64,000 nucleotides of DNA from a bacterium (lineage in GTDB: Bacteria; Zixibacteria; MSB-5A5; GN15; FEB-12): contig JBDRNJ010000031.1 of the NCBI GenBank assembly GCA_043811375.1, forward strand, positions 1 to 64,000, given 5' to 3'. Position numbers and translations under genes: made by a program. Shown here in pieces: positions 57,606-64,000 of the stretch (position 1 is the stretch's first letter; every line of letters starts with the position of its first letter). Below the pieces are notes generated by a model. It made no database searches. It was not told the DNA's origin and saw only the letters and a program-made list of their open reading frames with translations.

Positions 57606-59144
57606 CTAAGAGCCTCCGGCGGCTGCATGCTCCCTACGGAATATCTGAAACCGCCTGTCGCCGTATACCTCTTCCCAATGTTCGGTCAGGACTTTGTGGA
57701 GAGGAAGAGACAGGTCGCCTTTAACGCGTCTGAACACGGCGACACGTATGCCGTACTTGTCGGCTATCCGCATCACCTGACCATAATCATCACTGTTTAC
57801 GACAGTGTTGTAATCGGCTTCCAGCTCCTGTGATATCTGAGTATTGAGCTGGAAGTACTCCATTGTTTTGTAGCACCCCAGCGCATGGGCAGTGGTTCTT
57901 GGCATCAGTGAATGCCAGTATGTTTTCTTTGTGCAGAAAATGTAATCGCCGGGTGAGATGTATCCATCCAGGTAACCGGAGAAGTAGCTCTCCTGCGACA
58001 GGAGATAGTGTGCGCTATGGTGCTGAGTCTGGACCCTGCTATATGAACTGTAGTAGTGATAGACAGAGAGTGCACAAATAACTGCCATTATGCCCCAGAT
58101 CAACGGTCTCGGGACCCTGAGCCTGGAGACATAATTCATGGCGACAGCGCCGGCAAATATCATCAGTATGAATTGGATACGTACGGCATACTGGAGGCTG
58201 AAGTGATAGAAAGTGAAGAGAAAAGCAATCGCGGCGACTGCGGCGAACCACGGGACTTTTCGGGTTCTGAATATACCCGTCAGTGCGGTGATTACAATAG
58301 CTACCGTAATCAGAGCGCCCACGCTCAACAGGTTACGCTCGTTTCCACCAAACAGTGTCACCACTAAGTCTGTCAACCAGGTCCCATCGGGAAAGCCTCG
58401 CCAGATCGCGAAGGCAGACGTACCCTGGAGGTTTTGAGAGTAGATAACATAGGCCTGGATATAAAACGGTATGATGCTCACCAGAAACGTCGCGGCTGAT
58501 ATGAAAAATCGCCTGTATTGTCTCACTATGGCCAATTGATATAGAAACCCAAAACCCAGAAGGAAAACGTAACCGGGGGATAAGAGGAAGGCAAAACCCC
58601 AGGCAAGGCCGGACAGCATGGCGAGCTTGTGTGTCTGAGCCGGGTGCATGAACAACCACAATCCGATCAGGTAGAAGGCAATAGAGAAGCTAAAGGAATC
58701 AGCCAGCAGCAGAACCCCATCGCCGATGTAGGCCATGATAAACGGCATCATCATACACGTCAGTACGGCAACATAGCTATCAAACGCTCGCGCAACGACC
58801 TTGTACACCATGAGAAAGGTCATAGTCATGTTGAAGACGAAAACCCAGAACAAGATCGTGCTGAAACTGAGCCCCAGTGCTTTGAATGGGGCTAATACGA
58901 TATGATACATGGGCGGGTGAAAAGTGGGATACCCGGTGACTGGATCGTTGAACAGCTTTCCATTCAGGGTGTAGAGGATTTTGGCTTTGACATACTGCAT
59001 GTCAGGCGAATAGAAGAAAGGCGCCTGGAGATAATACAGCGTTGGACCGAGCATAATGGCGACCACGACACCGATTATGATGGGGATCAAAAAACGTCCG
59101 TGATCTGCTTTTTGTGGGGACTTCTTTTTCCGTGACTTGGCCAT
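57606..59144 (-). CDS. Multi-TM GT-C-like glycosyltransferase, paralog 1
   Basis: About 11 TM helices, SPD..Y..DPVTG.PTFHPPMYH loop after TM1, soluble C-terminal domain. Confidence 0.6.
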   Translation of the reverse strand: MAKSRKKKSPQKADHGRFLIPIIIGVVVAIMLGPTLYYLQAPFFYSPDMQYVKAKILYTLNGKLFNDPVTGYPTFHPPMYHIVLAPFKALGLSFSTILFWVFVFNMTMTFLMVYKVVARAFDSYVAVLTCMMMPFIMAYIGDGVLLLADSFSFSIAFYLIGLWLFMHPAQTHKLAMLSGLAWGFAFLLSPGYVFLLGFGFLYQLAIVRQYRRFFISAATFLVSIIPFYIQAYVIYSQNLQGTSAFAIWRGFPDGTWLTDLVVTLFGGNERNLLSVGALITVAIVITALTGIFRTRKVPWFAAVAAIAFLFTFYHFSLQYAVRIQFILMIFAGAVAMNYVSRLRVPRPLIWGIMAVICALSVYHYYSSYSRVQTQHHSAHYLLSQESYFSGYLDGYISPGDYIFCTKKTYWHSLMPRTTAHALGCYKTMEYFQLNTQISQELEADYNTVVNSDDYGQVMRIADKYGIRVAVFRRVKGDLSLPLHKVLTEHWEEVYGDRRFQIFRREHAAAGGS

Positions 59145-59278
59145 AGGTTACTCTAATCGAAGGTTGCCGCTTCCGGACCTGTGACCGGCAGATGTCTATA
59201 TCTGCCGTAGGTCGCTGCGCATGTGGACATTCGCTGCGCACCATAACAACGTCGAGTTCCTCGATTGGTGAACAAGGT

Positions 59279-60829
59279 TTAGCCTCCTCCCTCGGAACCA
59301 GATCTGCTTGCAAGGTCTCGACTGAATATCTGAAACCGCCCGTCATCGTGGACCTTTTCCCAATGTTCGGTCAGGACTTTGTGGAGAGGAAGAGACAGGT
59401 CGCGTCTAATGTGTCTGAATACGGCGACACGTATACCGTATTTGTCGGCTATCTGCATCACCTGACTATAATCATTACTGTTTACGATAGTGTTGTAATC
59501 GGCTTCCAGTTCCTGTGATATCTCGGTCTTGAGCTGGAAGTACTCCATTGTCTTGTAGCACCCCAGAGCATGGGCAGTGGTTCTTGGCATCAGGAAATAA
59601 AGGTATGTGTATTTCGAGCAGAAAATGAAATCGCCTGGTGAGATATATCCATCCAGGCAACCGGGAAAGTAGTTCTCCTGCGACATGAGCCTGTGGGCAA
59701 CATGTTGACTAGACTGCCACGTGCTATATGAACTGTAGTAGCGATGGAAAGATAGAGCACAAATAACTGCTATTATTCCCCAGGTCAACAGTCTCGGGAC
59801 TCTGAGTTTGGAAACATAATTCATAGCGAGAGCACCGGCAAATATCATCAGTATGAACTGGACGCGTACGGCATACTGGTGGCTGAAATGATAGAAAGTG
59901 AAGAGAAAAGCAACCCCGGCGACTACGGCGAACCACGGGACTTTTCGGGTTTTGAACATACCCGTCAGTGCGGTGATTACAGTAGCTACCGTAATCAGAG
60001 CGCCCACGCTCAACAGGTTACGCTCGTTTCCGCCAAACAGTGTCACCACCAAATCTGTCAACCATGTCCCACCGGGAAAGCCTCGCCAGAACGCGAAAGC
60101 AGACGTACCCTGGAGGTTTTGAGAGTAGATAACATAGGTCTGGATGTAAAATGGTATGATGCTCACCAGAAACGTTACGGCGGATGCAAGAAACCGTTTG
60201 TATTGTCTCGCTATGGCTAATTGATACAAGAATCCAAAACCCAGCAGGAAAACGTGGCCGGGGGATAAGAGAAATGCAAACCCCCAGACAAGGCCGGACA
60301 GCACGGCGAACTTGTGTGTCTGAGCCGGGTGCATGAACAACCACAATCCGATCAGGTAGAAGGCAATGGAGAAACTGTAGGAGTCGGCCAACAACAGCGC
60401 CCCCTCGCCGATGTAGCTCATGATGAACGGCATCATGAAGCACGTCAGCATGGCAACGTAGCTATCAAACGCTCGCACAACGACCTTGTACACCATGAGA
60501 AAGGTCATAGTCATATTGAAGACGAAAACCCAGAACAAGATGGTGCTGAAACTGAGACCTATTGCTTTGAATGGGGCTAATACGATATGATACATGGGTG
60601 GGTGAAAAGTAGGATACCCGGTGACTGGGTCATTAAACAGCTTTCCACTCAGGACATAGAGGACTTTGGCTTTGACATACTGCATATCTGTAGAATAGAA
60701 GAAAGGTGCCTGGAGGTGATACAGAGATGGACCGAGCATAATGGCGGCCACGACACCGATTATAATGGGAATCACATACCGTCTGCGATCTGTTTTTCGT
60801 GGGGGCTTCTTTTTCCGTGACTTTGGCAT
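59279..60829 (-). CDS. Multi-TM GT-C-like glycosyltransferase, paralog 2 (tandem duplicate)
   Basis: Collinear and highly similar to 57606-59144 at DNA and protein level. Confidence 0.6.
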   Translation of the reverse strand: MPKSRKKKPPRKTDRRRYVIPIIIGVVAAIMLGPSLYHLQAPFFYSTDMQYVKAKVLYVLSGKLFNDPVTGYPTFHPPMYHIVLAPFKAIGLSFSTILFWVFVFNMTMTFLMVYKVVVRAFDSYVAMLTCFMMPFIMSYIGEGALLLADSYSFSIAFYLIGLWLFMHPAQTHKFAVLSGLVWGFAFLLSPGHVFLLGFGFLYQLAIARQYKRFLASAVTFLVSIIPFYIQTYVIYSQNLQGTSAFAFWRGFPGGTWLTDLVVTLFGGNERNLLSVGALITVATVITALTGMFKTRKVPWFAVVAGVAFLFTFYHFSHQYAVRVQFILMIFAGALAMNYVSKLRVPRLLTWGIIAVICALSFHRYYSSYSTWQSSQHVAHRLMSQENYFPGCLDGYISPGDFIFCSKYTYLYFLMPRTTAHALGCYKTMEYFQLKTEISQELEADYNTIVNSNDYSQVMQIADKYGIRVAVFRHIRRDLSLPLHKVLTEHWEKVHDDGRFQIFSRDLASRSGSEGGG

Positions 60830-60890
60830 AGGTCACTCAAATCGAAGGTTGCCGTTTCCGGCGAGTTGTATGGTCGTTCCGGCGAAGTGG

Positions 60891-62933
60891 CTACCAGCCC
60901 ATCTCTTCTTTCAACTGCGGGTACAACTCTGCAGTTTCTCGTACGTAGCTGCTATCCAGGCCCTTTTCCATAGCACGCCGATAGCCGTCAGCTGCAGCGG
61001 AGAAATCCCCCTTTGAAACCATATAGTCGCCGAGTTCTTTCAGCCACATCGGAGGTACATCAAGTCTGTTTGTGGCTCTCATCAAATACTGCCTATACAG
61101 AGCCTCCTGCTTAGTGATCCTATACAGCCTTATCAAGCCCACATAAGGACCTATACTGCTGGTGTCTATTTCCAGTGCTCTCCTAAATCCATCTTCCGCC
61201 TGGCCATATTTCCCCAGCCGCGTGTACGCACCCGCCCGGTTGGACAACATTCCGGCACTGTGAGGATTGTATCCCTCTGCGATGTCCAGAGCTGACAGCG
61301 CCTTATCAAACAGTCCCAATTCATAGTAGCAGCCTCCCAGAGATACCCATGCATTCCAGAATGAAGGATCGATCTTGCAGGCTCTATCAAAGGCGCTAAC
61401 GGCGGCGCTGAAGTTGCCTTCATTCATGGCATCAATTCCTACAAGCAACAGCCGGTCCTGCTCGTAAGTGCCTTTCCAGTGAGTTTGGCGAATCTGCTCA
61501 ATCCAGTGGTCACCGGTCAATGCATAGTATTCCTTCAATAGCCACTGTGCGTTTCTGCATTTGGCACTATCCAACTTCTTGTAGTTCAATACGTGTTGAA
61601 CGGCGGTTTCTGGAACATTTTGAGCATAGACCCTTGGAAAAAGAGACAGTGCACCCAACGTGATGGACAATATCACCGCGTCCCTGCGCAACCTGGTCTT
61701 GTCACTCCGTGATAACAGGAGGTAGTAAGAGGCCACACCGATAGGCACTCCCGAGAATGCAAACAAATCCCAATCTCTCGGCATGCCAAGCCTCGGATCG
61801 AATACAAAGACAGCACCCAACACCGACAAAACGAGGATGGCAGAGAACTTGAACCAAAACTCTCTGACCAGGCTCTTGTGCCATAGTAACCAGGCTGCAG
61901 AGGCCATTATCGGAAGACCCGGTAGCAAGAGCAGATTCAGATTAAGGTAGTCAAGCAAGTGCTTTGACGAGAACAGCGTGTAACCCTCAATGGTGAATTT
62001 GTCTGATACGACCGGAACGAGTGCAAAGCGGAAGAAATACGACGTAGTATAGTAGTGGTAGAATATCACAGCAAGTAAAACGCACGCAAGGCCGACGATG
62101 AGCGCTTTCGTTCTTCGGAAGGAGCGACGCCATTTGCCCCCCACCCTGGTGGATGACAAAATAAGGTATGCCGCGCTCGGTAGCAGGACAACGCCGAATA
62201 TATGGAAGAAGATAGCAGCTGCAACTGGTATAAGAATCAGCCAGGTCGCCACCCGGCTCTCTGCCGCCAGAATCCCAACCATGGTATAGACACCAACCGC
62301 TGTTAGGAACAGAGAATAATTCTCCACATAACCGAAGTAGAGCAGCATGTATCCTCCGGAACAGACTCCGAGAACGAATAGTACCCTCGGCGTACTTATC
62401 GGGAACAGTCTTGTTGAGATAATGACAGTTGCTGCTACGAATACGAATCCGGATAGAATAGAGATAATCTGATAGCTGAGCAACGCTGAACCAATGTCAC
62501 TTCCGGGGAGTATATCCTTTAGCCAAATGTGTGCGAGTGATTCGCCGATTTCTCGCACCTTCAGAGCAGTAGCATGGTCTGCTGCGAGCGATGTGAGCAA
62601 AGTGTAGCCATCCCCAAGGAAATGAGTCTTAACACGGAGGATATAGAAAAGCGCTCCAAATAGTAACGGCGCAGATATGGCGAAGATACCAAATGCGTGT
62701 CCCCTGCTGGCTGCCTTGCGCTCGTCAGCCTCGTACTGACGAGACCAGCGCGTCACCAGAGCGAATGCTGGAGCGACGGCGCCGATTCCAAACAGCCCCC
62801 ACTGAATCCCGTCCGGATAGTATGCCCACCAGTTGAATCCCCAAATACGAATTTCTGGAAAGAATGCCCCGCAAAGGTACGTCAGCAGCACTACATAGTA
62901 CAGACCGAATGGAAAAAGTCTTCTTTTACCCAT
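60891..62933 (-). CDS. Multi-TM membrane protein with C-terminal TPR repeats (GT-C/TMTC-like)
   Basis: FLGDG, YFGYVENY, RDWDLF motifs; TPR helices. Confidence 0.7.
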   Translation of the reverse strand: MGKRRLFPFGLYYVVLLTYLCGAFFPEIRIWGFNWWAYYPDGIQWGLFGIGAVAPAFALVTRWSRQYEADERKAASRGHAFGIFAISAPLLFGALFYILRVKTHFLGDGYTLLTSLAADHATALKVREIGESLAHIWLKDILPGSDIGSALLSYQIISILSGFVFVAATVIISTRLFPISTPRVLFVLGVCSGGYMLLYFGYVENYSLFLTAVGVYTMVGILAAESRVATWLILIPVAAAIFFHIFGVVLLPSAAYLILSSTRVGGKWRRSFRRTKALIVGLACVLLAVIFYHYYTTSYFFRFALVPVVSDKFTIEGYTLFSSKHLLDYLNLNLLLLPGLPIMASAAWLLWHKSLVREFWFKFSAILVLSVLGAVFVFDPRLGMPRDWDLFAFSGVPIGVASYYLLLSRSDKTRLRRDAVILSITLGALSLFPRVYAQNVPETAVQHVLNYKKLDSAKCRNAQWLLKEYYALTGDHWIEQIRQTHWKGTYEQDRLLLVGIDAMNEGNFSAAVSAFDRACKIDPSFWNAWVSLGGCYYELGLFDKALSALDIAEGYNPHSAGMLSNRAGAYTRLGKYGQAEDGFRRALEIDTSSIGPYVGLIRLYRITKQEALYRQYLMRATNRLDVPPMWLKELGDYMVSKGDFSAAADGYRRAMEKGLDSSYVRETAELYPQLKEEMGW

Positions 62934-63083
62934 ACTCCAAGAATAAAGGTATATGTGCCCTGTTCAGCAAGTAGTCTCTTCGGCGGCACGGTAGGTGAGA
63001 GTACCGGATGTTCAACTGCATCGTAGGTCCAGACCGCGGTAGTCACGACAATCGAACGCGCTCGGGAGTGCCGCCAAGTTTAT

Positions 63084-63163
63084 TCTGCGATCTGTTTTTC
63101 GTGGGGGCTTCTTTTTCCGTGACTTTGGCATAGGTCACTCTAATCGAAGGTTGCCGTCTCCGG
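63084..63163 (-). repeat. Third, truncated copy of the leader and first 16 codons of the GT paralogs
   Basis: Near-identical to 60782-60861. Confidence 0.85.
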
Positions 63164-63243
63164 TTTCGACAAGACTACTGCTCTCATCGGCAAAACCACA
63201 AGGGGTTTTGCCCTACCAATACTGCGGGTCAGTTTACCGCCCC

Positions 63244-64000
63244 TCAATACCCACTTATATCCACCCGGGTGATTTGCTCGATCACTTCACCCAGGAACCT
63301 GCCGGCTACCTGTGAGAATTTTTCGGGAACGTCACTGACAAAGAACTTGTGCTGGCCAGTAGCTTCAACGTCCGTACCGGCCGGACTGAGCAGGTCGCAT
63401 GCGGCAAGTTGCTGTTGGGCTACTTTGGCTGTTTCTGCGCCACTGTCAATAAGAGTGACGTTGTCACCCATGACGTCAGCGATGACGTGCCTGAGCAGCG
63501 GGTAATGGGTACAGCCTAACACCAGGGTGTCGATTTTGACGTCGTGCATCGTCTGCAGGTAATCGCGGGCGATCAGGTTGGCGGCTTCTTTGTCGACATA
63601 ACCCTCTTCGGCCAGCGGCACGAACAGGGGACAGGCCAGCGAGAATACTTTTGTCTGCGGATCAAGATCGTGGATGATGCGTGCGTAGGCGTTAGAGCCG
63701 ATTGTGGCGTTAGTGCCGATAACGCCGATCCGTCCATTCTTTGTCTGCTCCACCGCCGCCCGGGCGCCCGGTTCGATAACGCCGATGATCTCCACGTCGT
63801 AGTTATTCTTGATCTGATCGAGCGCCACCGAAGATGCCGAGTTGCAGGCACAGATGATGAACTTGACGTGGTGTTCCAGCAGAAAGGTAATGTCCTGGAT
63901 AGTGAAGCGGGTGATAATCTCCCGGGAGCGCCCGCCGTACGGGTAACGGCCGACATCGCCGAAGTAAACAACCGCTTCCTGCGGCAGCATTTGAAATACT
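63244..64000 (-). CDS. murI: Glutamate racemase (5' end beyond the window)
   Basis: YFGD..RYPYG, ACNSAS, GVIEPG, LGCTHYP; N-terminal FDSG motif not in the window. Confidence 0.95.
   Translation of the reverse strand, partial: VFQMLPQEAVVYFGDVGRYPYGGRSREIITRFTIQDITFLLEHHVKFIICACNSASSVALDQIKNNYDVEIIGVIEPGARAAVEQTKNGRIGVIGTNATIGSNAYARIIHDLDPQTKVFSLACPLFVPLAEEGYVDKEAANLIARDYLQTMHDVKIDTLVLGCTHYPLLRHVIADVMGDNVTLIDSGAETAKVAQQQLAACDLLSPAGTDVEATGQHKFFVSDVPEKFSQVAGRFLGEVIEQITRVDISGY

Overview
Bacterial chromosome window; secreted cohesin/dockerin and FlgD-Ig/T9SS-type proteins suggest an FCB-group/Zixibacteria-like organism (inference). Left part (1-34.1 kb) is accessory: two paralogous secreted cohesin-like proteins, a methyltransferase, and a sigma-54-controlled NifX/MinD-ferredoxin operon whose UAS, IHF site and -24/-12 promoter are all visible. 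It is followed by a ~23 kb tandem array of segments anchored at the 3' end of tRNA-Gln(CTG) (33994-34064, minus strand). A large serine recombinase gene (32554-34104) reads through the antisense of this tRNA. Four upstream junctions (10956, 12412, 14399, 22289) align with the tRNA junction and each encodes an in-frame candidate alternative C-terminal tail of a recombinase, conserved at the protein level. The junctions delimit three recombinase-less cargo segments (4Fe-4S protein; PadR/membrane/VOC; His-rich RGPP leader + CzcCBA + His-tailed DMT) and one autonomous defence island (broken NB-ARC/WD40 NLR, type IIG/ISP-like R-M enzyme, an MG-starting protein + QueC-like enzyme pair, tyrosine recombinase, XRE HTH, serine recombinase). 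Right part (34.2-64 kb) is mostly minus-strand housekeeping (ABC-F, BatA/vWA, comB, gcvT, acnA, ETF-QO, TlpA, HIT, pruA, murI). It also carries a RAYT transposase with REP palindromes, a Ser/Thr kinase, a homopolymer-frameshifted DUF1295 gene, an HTH-fused LeuC-like protein lacking Fe-S cysteines, and tandemly duplicated GT-C-like membrane glycosyltransferases. All family calls come from motif recognition; no database search was run.
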